Assembly (NCBI RefSeq): GCF_006345805.1
Contig: NC_043003.1
Coordinates: forward strand, 434,001 to 498,000
DNA: 64,000 nt
Source of the DNA: Octopus sinensis
Taxonomy: Eukaryota
Direction: 5' to 3'
Under the pieces are notes generated by a model. It was not told where the DNA came from and ran no database searches. It worked only from the letters and a program-made list of their open reading frames with translations. Numbering within the stretch: position 1 is the stretch's first letter; each line of letters opens with the position of its first letter. Shown here piece by piece: positions 1 to 11,600 of the stretch. The translations under genes were made by a program, and so were the position numbers.

Positions 1-184
1 TCATCCACCATTTTCATCATTGCTTATGTGTATATATTACTTTATATTTGCATACGTGTGTCCGTTTAGTTTCGTAATCAAACGTTAGACAATATATCGT
101 CTGCTTTTAGGTTACATACCTACATTCACACATTCATACATTTTAAAGGCCTTTTGGAAGAAGTTTCGATAGTCTTCTAGGGTG

Positions 185-232
185 TCTGTGTGTGTAAGTG
201 TGTGTGTGTGTTTATATATATTATATATATAT

Positions 233-290
<58 letters not shown>

Positions 291-295
291 ATATA

Positions 296-335
<40 letters not shown>

Positions 336-365
336 CTATATATATATATATATATATATATATAG

Positions 366-416
<51 letters not shown>

Positions 417-420
417 AGAG
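185..420. repeat. Compound (GT)n/(TA)n/(GA)n microsatellite
   Basis: Directly visible; explains ORFs 112..453 and 190..498. Confidence 0.97.
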
Positions 421-503
421 ATTCAGATAAATATGGTACTTAAGTTGAGGCACCAGAATTTAGTACGGTATTATCCATACAATTTCAAAGTAAGGTGATT
501 AAA

Positions 504-545
504 ATCAAAATAAGCAACAAGGATATCATTGTTGCTTATTTTGAT
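504..545. repeat. Short inverted repeat, 17-bp arms
   Basis: ATCAAAATAAGCAACAA (504-520) is the exact reverse complement of TTGTTGCTTATTTTGAT (529-545); 8-nt spacer GGATATCA. Confidence 0.9.
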
Positions 546-640
546 ATATATATATATATAAAATTAAATTTAGGGTAAAAATTGATATTTATCAATTAGA
601 ACCAGTGGTCTAGCATATTAAAGAAAGAATCCGAAGATTA

Positions 641-819
641 ATATATATATATATACCAATTAAGGACTGAACACGAAAAGTGGACAGTCAACATGCTAGA
701 TATAGACGTCAAATCGCCATTCTCCACACTCTGTGGAGAATGGCGATTTGACGTCTATATCTAGCATGTTGACTGTCCACTTTTCGTGTTCAGTCCTTAA
801 TTGGTATATATATATATAT
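641..819. repeat. Perfect foldback, 88-bp arms (73 bp non-TA), 3-nt loop
   Basis: 641-728 is the reverse complement of 732-819; loop CTC at 729-731; both ends run into (TA)n. Confidence 0.95.
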
Positions 820-1269
820 ATATAGTCATTCTGTTCACCCACAAACATACACACACTCAGAGAAAGTCTGTCTGTATAACTCCTTTCTTAATTTCCCTTC
901 CTTTCTCCTCCTTCCTCTTTTTGGCAATTCTGTCGCACCTTATATTTCTATCCCTCACCTTTTAACTGTTAGCTACGCTTCGTGTGTGTATAATATAATA
1001 CACACGCTCGTGTGTGTGACCTTTGTAGAATCGAGGTGAGAAAACCCTAGCTTTGAACCTTAGCATCGTTTCATCTGACCGAATTTCACTAATGACCGAA
1101 TGCAGATACTCTGACCGGATTCATTGCGATTACAGACTAAGAGCTTCTTTGAAGCTATATAATGTTTCTAGGTAACGGCAATCTAGGGGAACATATATGA
1201 TACATTTTTGGGCGGTCTGAAGACCATAGATATGTTCCGGCAGTTCGTAGTGGCGGCCACCTGGAGAGT

Positions 1270-1375
1270 TAACAGGTGTGGCTCTGACCGCTTTCAAACC
1301 ACGTGGTTTCGGGTTGAGTCCCACCCTGCTGCAAGGGACTTCTACTATGGGCCCCGGGCCGACTAATCCGTGTGT
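1270..1375 (+). mobile_element. Decayed SINE family B head
   Basis: gtggtttcgggttgagtccc...cttctactatgggccccgggccgac resembles the family B 5' part seen better at 17059 and 37800. Confidence 0.55.
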
Positions 1376-1413
1376 GTGTAGTTTACTAATCGGAAACTGT
1401 ATGGAAGCCTGTC

Positions 1414-1797
1414 ATGTGTGTATGTATGTATGTATGTATGTATGTATGTATGAGTATGTGTGTATGTATGCATGTATGTGTGTGTGTATGTATGCATGTA
1501 AGTACGTATGTATGTAGGTGTGTGGATGTGTATGTATGTGTGTATGTATGTGTATGTATGTATGTATGTATGTATGTAGGTGTGTATGTAGGTGTGTATG
1601 TATGTAGGTGTGTATGTAGGTGTGTATGTATGTATGTGTGTATGTAGGTGTGTATGTATGTAGGTGTGTATGTAGGTGTGTATGTATGTATGTGTGTATG
1701 TAGGTGTGTATGTATGTAGGTGTGTATGTATGTAGGTGTGTATGTATGTAGGTGTGTATGTAGGTGTGTATGTATGTATGTGTGGGTGTGTGTATGA
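1414..1797. repeat. (TATG)n/(TG)n compound microsatellite with TGTAGGTG variants
   Basis: Directly visible; explains ORFs 1363..1935 and 1414..1647. Confidence 0.95.
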
Positions 1798-2294
1798 GTT
1801 GGGTTTAGGTCTCCTCTGTATTTCAGTTCCTATTTTAATGTGGCTAATAAAGAAAATAGATGAATAACAAACGAACATGTGAATAGTGTATAACTTCTTC
1901 CCTGTTCTCACCCTGTACACGCAAAACGTACCCAAACCAACGGAAACAAAAAAAAAAAAAAGAAAGAAAGAAAAGAATTTTCCTTTAATCCTAACCCTAC
2001 CGACTCGAAAAGAAACATTCGATAATGAAATCGTGGTACCTTATTATGCTCGACAAGCAACGTGATTGTCAGCGCTCGATAGCTACTGATCCTATATATG
2101 GTTGATGGCGGCTGGTTCGCGGTTAAAGACGACAGCACGGACTCTGGAGTACGAGTGTATAAACTGAAAGTTCGAATCCTGAGCTTTAAAATAAAAAAAA
2201 AAAGCAAAGCAAAATAAGCAAAAAATAAATTGAGTTCGGAGATATTTACTCAAGCGGATCTACTACATATTTTTGGATGAATGAATTAAAGAGT

Positions 2295-2402
<108 letters not shown>

Positions 2403-2479
2403 GTAATGTTGTGCGAAAAAAATTAACCTTGAATTGAAATTTTCTTTTTCAAAAAGAATGCTAAAAACCTAAAAGCATG

Positions 2480-2600
2480 TATTAGTGACCTCTTCTCAAA
2501 AGGAAATCATGGTCTTTGTTTGCAGGCAGCGGGGATAACTTTCGACAAATTTCTGTCTATTAGACCTTATCAGCATAGTATACATACTCTGCTCTGATGA
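2480..2600 (-). mobile_element. Possible Tc1-like transposase C-terminal remnant
   Basis: Minus strand reads KFVESYPRCLQTKTMISF*EEGH*Y, loosely like the Tc1 end motif LVESMPRRLQAVIxAKGGHTKY. Confidence 0.3.
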
Positions 2601-4175
2601 ACTGACAAATACTGTGAAAAAAATACGAATGATTTTTAGCTAACTACCAAAAGAATATAATTCAAAAGAGTCAATGACATGAAATGGAAATATAAGTTGT
2701 GAAGTACTGAATATTGTATGATAATACACGACGGATGACACAATGTGGATGGATTGAGGGAGCAGGCTCTGATTTGAAGAGTAACTCGTTGTGATGGCGA
2801 AAGTTGATAACGAGTGACAGAACTGAGGAAAGACAGGATGAGTTAGATTTTGCACCTGTATAAGAAGGATTGTATATCATGTGTGAATATAACTATAACA
2901 GATAGTATGTAGATATGTGTATGGGAGAATTAATATGTGAGTATGTGTGAAATAATCCGAAAACTTTAGAGTATTTGTGTATGCTGTGCATGAGACATCG
3001 TATGAAAATGTGGTCTTGTGTGTGAAAGGCGAGAGGAAGTGTGTTTGTGTATATGTGAGAGAATGAATGATAACATTTCTTTCTTTCACGTGGGTTAATC
3101 AGTGGAAGGCGGACAAGCTCTTTGGCGTTTTGCTGTATCTCCAAGACTTTAAAGGAAGGGGTTTATCTTCAGGGCAAAGAGTTGGCCTGAATGCTTGCAA
3201 CAGAGTGGATTCCGCTAAAGGCATCCAAATGGTGGTATTATACCGGGTGATGGATTAAGTCTATCACTCAAGGTGTGTGTGAGAGAGTCAGAGTAAATAT
3301 GTAAGAAAGTACGTATATACATAAGAGTGTTTTCATGTGAGTAGAGTTTGCGTCTGTGAGAGACAGAAAGGTAGAAAATGTATGCGAGAGAAAAAAAAAA
3401 CAGGTTGTAGTTATATGTAGACACATGCAATATGTATCTTGATATAGATATGTCTGCAGTGCTAGCGGCAGAATTTTGTGACTGTTAAAAGCAGGGTAGA
3501 TATTTTGATTACACAATAACTTGTAAAATATTCATACACAGTAAATGGTTACGAGTAGTACACAATGTAATTCGACCACATTGGGGATGTATACTTTGAA
3601 AAAAAATTGTTGCAGAAACCTTCAGTGCAAAATGGTGACGATAATTTTTTTTTGTAGTTTGTAGATGTTCCTTTTGTAGTTTTTCAGTCAACCGTTTACA
3701 GACATACATTTACAAATATGTATTTTTACATTTAGATATAAATTGGTAAATGAATTTAGAAACTTCCTCCTAATCATAGTGTTGGATAAACTTGTATTGG
3801 ACTATTTTTATATAGATATACATCGGATGAAGGCTATGATATTGAAAACCAAGACGTAATGTGAGTTAAAACTGAATAGATTAATGCTGCGTATACACTA
3901 CAATCTAGTACATTTCTACACATCTTAAATGTGGATGAAATTATAATACATGTTACTTGTCAACAATGGGTATTCCAATTGTCCAATCAAAATTGTCCTA
4001 TCATCTTACCTCTTTGCTTGTCCTATGTATCATATATGATACACAATCTCATTTTTTTACTGCCAGAGTAACTTGCAACTTATGATAAGAAAACTTTATA
4101 TCACTCAGAGCATATAAAACGAGGGCTAACTAAAAGTGTGAAAACACGCATGGACGTTTAGGAAAAAACTTATGG

Positions 4176-4449
4176 AAATGCTTTGGTTAATTAGGACAAG
4201 CTGATGAAAATGCTTTGGTTAATTAGGACAAGCTGATGAAAATGTTTTGGTTAATTAGGACAAGCTGATAAAAATGCTTTGGTTAATTAGGACAAACTGA
4301 TGAAAATGCTTTGGTTAATTAGGACAAGCTGATAAAAATGCTTTGGTTAATTAGGACAAGCTGATGAAAATGCTTTGGTTAATTAGGACAAGCTGATAAA
4401 AATGCTTTGGTTAATTAGGACAAACTGATGAAAATGCTTTGGTTAATTA
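4176..4449. repeat. 32-bp minisatellite, about 8.5 copies
   Basis: Unit AAATGCTTTGGTTAATTAGGACAAGCTGATGA starts at 4176, 4208, 4240, 4272, 4304, 4336, 4368, 4400 and 4432 (partial); no spacers. Confidence 0.95.
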
Positions 4450-4815
4450 TGCCTCTTAAAATAGTGGAGTATTTCACTGGTACTTGTACTCATAACGTAA
4501 TCCACAGGTATACTCAGCAGGACATTGTATGTGACGGGGCTGGGTGGGGTGGGGGATAGAACTGCATGTGCAATCTATCTGACGGGTGCACCCACCCCGC
4601 TTCAGATAATTTTAGTTTACCCACTTTCGTTTACAAGTTTTGAGAGGACAAAATGTTTTGGAAAGCGACACACTTCAAGGAATCAAACTTGGGAGATCGT
4701 GGTTAATTTCCAGGCGAACTTCTTGACCGTTGGAATATGCTTGCGTGACGGTGCCCTATAAAATACCCCCGTCCACCACCACACAAACTCACCAGGGTCA
4801 GTGACTTGTGATCTA

Positions 4816-4918
<103 letters not shown>

Positions 4919-5339
4919 ATCTTATTTCTTTATTGCCCACAAGGGGCTAAACATAGGGGGACACACAAGGACAAACAAAGGGATTAAGTCGATTATATCG
5001 ACCCCAGTGCCTAACTGGTACTTATTTAATCAACCCTGAAAGGATGACAGGCAAAGTCGACCTCAGCGAAATTTGAACTCAGAACGTAACGGCAAACGAA
5101 ATACCTATTTCTTTACTACCCACAAGGGGCTAAACACTGAGACGACAAACAAGGATGGACAAACGGATTAAGTCGATTATATCGACCCCAGTGTGTAACT
5201 GGTACTTATTTAATTGACCCCGAAAGGATGAAAGGCAAAGTCGACCTCGGCGGAATTTGAACTCAGAACGTAGCAACAGATGACATACTGCTAAGCATTT
5301 CGCCCGGCGTGCTAACGATTCTGCCAGCTCGCCGCTTTA
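4919..5339 (-). mobile_element. tRNA-derived SINE family A (dimeric copy)
   Basis: Reverse complement of the AAGGCGGTGAGCTGGCAGAA...GAGTTCAAATTCC (B box)...GTCGACTTTGCCTTTCATCC...AAGTACCAGTT family, two bodies in tandem; same family at 23436, 33295, 41368, 51244. Confidence 0.9.
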
Positions 5340-5342
5340 ATG

Positions 5343-5405
<63 letters not shown>

Positions 5406-5447
5406 GTCTGTCTGTCTGTGTGTCTGTGTGTCTGTCTCTGTCTCTCT

Positions 5448-5488
<41 letters not shown>

Positions 5489-5503
5489 TCTATCTATCTA
5501 TCT
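5343..5503. repeat. (TCTA)n/(TCTG)n/(TC)n microsatellite
   Basis: Directly visible. Confidence 0.95.
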
Positions 5504-5643
5504 TTTTATGTCGAGTTATAATAAAACCAATTTAACATTGTATTGAAGGATTACTCGATAATTTTCGTGTAGTACATATAATAATCTTATTGTTAATCCC
5601 TCTTGTGCAAGTATAATATATATTATTCACACATACACAGAGT

Positions 5644-5688
<45 letters not shown>

Positions 5689-5867
5689 GGGGTGAATGAT
5701 ATATCTGTGACTAAACTGTCGTCTGGGAATCACTGTATTCTGTGCATGTACGAGGTTGATATTTTAAAAATGTCCTTCTCTCACGATATCTCTGTACGCA
5801 TGCATAAACCTTTACATGCACTCAGAACACCTCCCTACTTACCACACACCTTTACACACAAAGCCAT

Positions 5868-5947
<80 letters not shown>

Positions 5948-5990
5948 GTTATGCTTTTCGTCGACAACGCCAGTCCTTGGGGCAGTATTC

Positions 5991-6186
5991 TTTTATTCTT
6001 TTATTTGTTTCAGTCATTTGATTGCGGCCATGCTGGAGCACCGCCTTTAGTTGAGCAAATCGACCCCGGGATTTATTCTTTGTAAGCCTAGTACTTATTC
6101 CATCGGTCTCTTTTTGCCGAACCGCTAAGTTACGGGGACGTAAACACACCAGCATCAGTTGTCAAGCGGTGGTGGGGGACAAATAG

Positions 6187-6217
<31 letters not shown>

Positions 6218-6378
6218 CGGCGGGCTTCTTTCAGTTTCCGTCTACCAAATCCACTCACAAGGTTTTGGTCGGCCTGAGGCTATAGTAGAAGACACTTGCA
6301 CAAGGTACCACGCAGTGGGACTGAACCCGGAACCATGTGTTTGGTTAGCAAGCTACTTACCACACAGCCACCCCTGCG
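5991..6378 (-). mobile_element. SINE family B (tRNA head plus CORE-like block), full length
   Basis: Minus strand: tRNA-like head with GGTTCAGTCCC, ACCTTGTGCAAGTGTCTT (CORE-SINE-like), internal (TA)/(CA) tract, tail GGCGGTGCTCCAGCATGGCCGCAATCAAATGACTGAAAC. Confidence 0.88.
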
Positions 6379-6469
6379 CCTAGCTTCTAAATTCCTTTTG
6401 TGAAGGTGTGTACATTTAATACATATGGTGTATACATTTGTATACACACTTATATATAAGTGTATAAAG

Positions 6470-6810
6470 CTCGATATGCAACCGCGTGGTCTTGGGTTCC
6501 GTCTCACTGCACAGCCCCTTGGGCAAGAGGTTTTGTCTCCTACAGACCTAATCAACCAATGCCTTGTGATTGAATTTGGTCAACGCAGTCTGTGTGGAGG
6601 CCTGCTATATATATGGGTGTGTGTGTGTGTGTGTTCAAACCACCGCTCGACAACCGGTGTTAGTTCGATTACGTCTAAAGCAACCAATAGAATTAGAACC
6701 AAACTACAAAAATTACAAGTACCGGAGTCGGTCTCTTCGACTAAACTCTTCAAGGTGAAGCCCCAGCTTGGCCGCAGTCCAATGACTAAAAGAAGTAAAA
6801 GAGAAAGTAC
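6470..6810 (+). mobile_element. Older SINE family B copy
   Basis: Same head, CORE-like block and tail order, more diverged. Confidence 0.7.
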
Positions 6811-7004
6811 GTCACTGGTACTTAATTACCAGGGCCTCGGTTCTGTTTTGAAGAACGGATTTTCATGAATAGTCTAGAACCAGTCTGTTTTTATCCGAGA
6901 ATCTGACAACAGGTCCCAGAAATCTCAGACTCTAAATGGTTGCACGAGGACGCTAAATTATTGCATTCTTCTGTTATATTGAGTACTTTTAAAACAACGG
7001 GCAT

Positions 7005-7079
7005 ACACACACACACACACACATACATACATACATACATACATACATACATACATACATACATACATACATACATACA

Positions 7080-7111
<32 letters not shown>
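7005..7111. repeat. (CA)n/(CATA)n microsatellite
   Basis: Directly visible. Confidence 0.95.
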
Positions 7112-7112
<1 letters not shown>

Positions 7113-7114
<2 letters not shown>

Positions 7115-7465
7115 GAAATAAAGTGTTTTGCTCGAGGACACAACGCGTTGCCGGGAATTGAACTCACGACCATGCGATCGTGAACCGAATGTCTTAACCA
7201 CTAAGCCACGCGCCTTCACACACCTTGAGCAAGACACTTTATTTCACGTTGCTCCAGTCCACTCGGCTGGCAAAAATGAGTCGTACCAGTATTTCAAAGG
7301 GCCAGCTTTGTCACATTCTGTGTCACGCTGAATCTCTCTGAGAACTACGTTAAGGATACACGTGTCTGTGGAGTGCTCAGCCACTTGCACGTTAATTTTA
7401 CGAGCAAGCTGTTCTGTTGATCGTATCAGCTGGGACCCTCGTCGTCGTAACCGACGGAGTGCTCC
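7113..7465. mobile_element. SINE family C (tRNA head plus CORE-like block): inverted head followed by forward body
   Basis: 7113-7217 is the reverse complement of GGCGCGTGGCTTAGTGGTTAAG...GAGTTCAATTCCC; 7219-7465 is the forward body CCTTGAGCAAGACACTTTATTTCACGTTGCTCCAGTCC...; family also at 21722-22022 and 22266-22412. Confidence 0.85.
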
Positions 7466-7468
7466 TTT

Positions 7469-7509
<41 letters not shown>

Positions 7510-7861
7510 CACTATATACATACATATATCGAGTTAGCTGGGAGAATGTCTGTGATCGCACGACTTGCTCGAAATAGTAGCCTAATTTCTGTCAAATAAA
7601 ACCCCCAATGTCTTCAAGAAAACAGTAGATACTGTAATCTTATATATTTACTAAACGGATGCGATGGTCACAGCTGGAATGCCTTTGAGTGTAGGTTGGC
7701 TCTAGAGACAACAAACACTCCTAATTGTGTTTATTTGTAAAAACTTGGTTAAACTAATATTATTGGAGATATCTCCATTGATTTCTGTTTCTTTAAACAC
7801 TCTCAGAGGGATGTTTCGTCTTCAAATTGCAAAGATAATCTATGAGATAGTACCGTACACG

Positions 7862-7898
<37 letters not shown>

Positions 7899-8277
7899 CT
7901 ATGTATGCATGTAAAGATCTGTGTGCGTGTGCGCGCGTTTGTGTATGTGTGAATCTCTCTATGTATATTATGTATAGATATATAGGTACAAAAAAGTCTG
8001 TGTAAATAATCTTTGCATTGTAGATATTGATTTCACGCTGCTATTTCATAGTAAATAATCCCGTGTATGTGTGTGTGTGAGTGTTTTCCCCATTCGTCTG
8101 TTTTGAGTCACTGCTAGACGAAACCTCAAGCATGTCGTTGCCGGCTTATTTTATGATGGTTGCCGACCTCCATATCTTACCTGTCCTCGCGAACTAATTG
8201 CATATTTAACGAGTTGCTCTCTTCAGTGGTCAAATGATTAACCTTGGCCATCAGCACAGAGAGAGAGGGGGGAATGA

Positions 8278-8278
<1 letters not shown>

Positions 8279-8352
<74 letters not shown>
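8279..8352. repeat. (GATA)n microsatellite
   Basis: Directly visible. Confidence 0.96.
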
Positions 8353-8354
<2 letters not shown>

Positions 8355-8439
8355 GGACTTTTATAGTAAGTACCATTGTGTATTATATATTTCGCGTCAC
8401 GCAAAGAGAGATAACTCCAATTTTAATGGAGTCAATTTT

Positions 8440-8910
8440 GCCATCTATCCTTTCGGGGTCAATAAAATTTGGGAACCAGTTGAGCACAGAGGTTGATATA
8501 ATCGACTAGCTCCCCCCCCTCAAAGTTTTGGTCATTGTACCTATAGTAGAAAGGTAGCAGAACGGTTAGCACTCCGGGCAAAATGCTTAGCGGCATTTCG
8601 TCCGACTTCTCGTTCGGCGTTCAAATTCCGTCAAGGTCGACTTTGCCTTTTCATCCCTTCGGGGTCAATAAAACGAGTACAAGTTGAATATGGCGGTCGA
8701 TGTAATGGACTTAACCCTCACCCTAAAATTGCTGGCCCTGTACCGAAATTTGAAACCATTATTATTATTAGAGGTCGACTTTGCCTTTCATCCTTTCGGG
8801 GTCGATGAAATAAATACCAGTTACGCACTGGGGTCGATGTAATCGACTTAATCCCTTCCCCACCTCCAAATTCCAGACCTTGTGCCTATAATAGAAAAGA
8901 TTATTATTAT
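8440..8910 (+). mobile_element. Cluster of three partial SINE family A copies
   Basis: Three CCTTTCGGGGTC...ACCAGTT bodies; one head (GTAGCAGAACGGTTAGCAC). Confidence 0.82.
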
Positions 8911-9087
8911 TATTCTTACTCTGAAAGACTCTCGGCCAGTTCTCAATTACTGGTTGATCTTTACCTGAAAGAAGGCAATAACAAATTACCAAAGGTTTCT
9001 CCTGTGGTTCAAAGAGACAATACTCTCCTTAGAATGCGAGCTGTACCCAACAATGCTCTCTTCTGGATCACTTCTGACAATTATTAA

Positions 9088-9225
9088 TTATCATCATCAT
9101 CATCATCATCTCATCATCATCATCATCATCATCATCATTATCATCATCATCATCATTATTATCTTCATCAACATCATCATCATCATCATCATCATTATTA
9201 TTATTATCATTATGATTATTATTAT
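9088..9225. repeat. (CAT)n/(TAT)n trinucleotide tract
   Basis: Directly visible; explains the poly-H/poly-I ORF. Confidence 0.95.
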
Positions 9226-9671
9226 ACATAGTAATGTTTTCTATGTTTTCGCAAAGCTAAAAACACGAATGTACAACAGATAGGTTAATGCTATGTCTGC
9301 ACACGTAAGAAGTACGGACGGCCTATTTTCTATGAAGTTTATATGTGAGCAGTGGGCACTTTACAAAGCGCATTAATCTGTGTAGATTAATGTTTGAGCG
9401 AATGCATTAGTAATAACAATAGATGCACACACGACAAACTGCACACACGCACAACTGGAGACACATGTCAATACGTACATACACACACATATATATATAT
9501 GTATATATACATGTATACGTATATATACATATATCTACTATCTTTTATTTGTTTCACTCAGACTTTGGCCATGCCGGGGCACCACAGTATATTCATATAG
9601 ATATATATACACACACACACACACACATCCATACATACTGGAGGAAGAGAGAGAGTGAGTGAGTGAGAGAG

Positions 9672-9800
9672 AGAGAGAGCGAAAGAGATGCCAGTCTGTG
9701 GGTGAAATGCTAGCTATGTTGTTATAATATCCTGACTTTTCGTGTGTTTCAAGTCGTTTCGTTGCTAATTTTCTTCCTATCAAGTACAGCTCCATATCTA
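9672..9800 (-). mobile_element. Internally deleted mariner transposase remnant
   Basis: Minus frame ends ...YYNNIASISPTDWHLFRSL, matching the mariner DLAP(S/T)DYHLFRSL motif, preceded by a decayed HDNARPH-like segment. Confidence 0.5.
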
Positions 9801-9850
9801 CCTTCCAATCGACACTCCATCATCTCCTAATAAGGTATCATCTAGCTATA

Positions 9851-9881
<31 letters not shown>

Positions 9882-9955
9882 GGCTTCCCTCTCCTTACCT
9901 CTTCTTTTTTTACTGACTTGCTACTACTACCACCACCACACCACCACCACCACCG

Positions 9956-10001
<46 letters not shown>

Positions 10002-10026
10002 ACAGGAATTTCTTTTCAATCTGTCT

Positions 10027-10340
10027 GTGTATATATATATATATATATACGTGTGTGCTTTTGAGTTCTTGTGTGTGTATATATGCGTGTATGTATGTGT
10101 GTGTGACTATATACACACACACACATATATATATATATGAGCACTTATGTGTGTGTATATATGCATGCGTGTAAATGCATGTGTATACATATATGCGTGT
10201 GTATATATATGCATGTGCGTGTATGTGCATATATATATGTGTGTGTGTGTGTATGTATGCGTGTGTATATTTATATGTATGAGTATGAATTTGCGTATGT
10301 GCGTGCGCGAGCATATACACTATACACCTTGTATATATAG
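10027..10340. repeat. (TA)/(TG) compound microsatellite
   Basis: Directly visible. Confidence 0.93.
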
Positions 10341-10680
10341 GTGTATATATGTAGGGGTTAGCTTTTTCGGTCCTTCAGCTTTCTCGCCCCTCCCTCACTG
10401 GAATAGTTTGCACGGCAAAGCATTCGTTTCTTTTCTTTTCTCCCCCACCCCCACCAATCGCCCCAAGTCTCATTGCATTTTAACATCTTTTTCTTACGAA
10501 GCGACTAGAAGCTAGAAATAGCAACCAAATCTCCCTCAGATTATACTGGGTGATCCACTACCTGAAATTAGAACAATAAAAAGAAAACGGGTGACTGGGC
10601 GGCCACTAATGTCTGGTTATTTGGTCCTAAATGTAGCTGTTCTCTCTCTATATATATAATATATAATACACACACACTAA

Positions 10681-11030
10681 AACTTGTTTCAGTCGTTGGA
10701 CTGTAGCCATGCTGGAGCACTATCTTCAAGGGTTTTAGGCGAACAAATTAACTCCTATACTTTTTTAAAAACTTGTGACTTATTCTATCGGACTGTTTTG
10801 CCGAACCGCAAAGTTAGGGGACATAAACAAAGCGACACTGACTGTTAAGGGCTGGCAGGAGACAAACACATACACACGCATCATTTATACGACGGACATC
10901 TACACAGTTTCTGTCTACCAATTTCATTCATAAGGCATTGGTCGGTCCCGGGACAATAGTAAAAAAAAACAACATTTGCCCAAGGTACCGCGCACTCGAA
11001 TTGAACCTGAAACCAAATTTGCACTTTAAA
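10681..11030 (-). mobile_element. Older SINE family B copy
   Basis: ttgtttcagtc...gccatgctggagcac...aacatttgcccaaggtacc, reverse complement of family B. Confidence 0.78.
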
Positions 11031-11414
11031 AAAATATGGGTAAAGATTAAGAACACTGGAGAAGATGTTCTTCTTCGTGTCGGAAAGTAATGGAAGAAAA
11101 AATATCTTAAAGGATAGAAAGAGGGGAGGATACATTAGGTAATGTAGTCATATAAGGAATGGAAGGTGTAGTTCTAAATTCTCTTTAAGAGATGCAAGTC
11201 GAAGCTCTGCTGGAAACTGATGTTTGTCGCCGCTTCAATATGGCTGTTCCGTACGGAACAACGTTACTATTTTTTTTTAGCCCAGGAGAATATCTCCTGC
11301 AGCTGGTTAACGACACAACCTGGGAAAATCGGAGGTCGAATAACTTTGATTATATCTGCTCGGCCACGGTTGACCTGGGACTAAATAACTCCTTCAAACT
11401 GGCCCAAGACCAGC

Positions 11415-11600
11415 AGTTTTAGGGTAGAGGGTTACATCGACGTCAGCACTTGACTGGTACTTTATTTCATCGACCCTTCCCACCAAAAGGACGAACAGCA
11501 ATTCAACCTCAACAGAATTTGAACTCAAAACAGAAGGAGACGGAAGAAATGCCTTTATATATTTTGTCCGGGGTGGTAGGGATTTTGCCAGTTCAACACA
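11415..11600 (-). mobile_element. Decayed SINE family A copy
   Basis: ctggtactttatttcatcgacc...aatttgaactc motif order matches family A in reverse. Confidence 0.7.

Noticed and set aside
2590-2630. CTGATGA...GAAA hammerhead-like spacing
   Set aside because: No stem II, stem III or NUH pairing.
3820-3860. CGGATGAAGG...CCAAGACGT possible hammerhead relic
   Set aside because: Both core segments are mutated; too degenerate to support.
4176-4449. CRISPR-like array (32-bp repeats)
   Set aside because: Units are directly adjacent with no unique spacers, there are no cas genes, and the context is eukaryotic; it is a minisatellite.
8178-8250. Minus-strand exon ending GACAG|GTAAGA
   Set aside because: Overlaps a decayed dispersed repeat, and its acceptor derives from a microsatellite.
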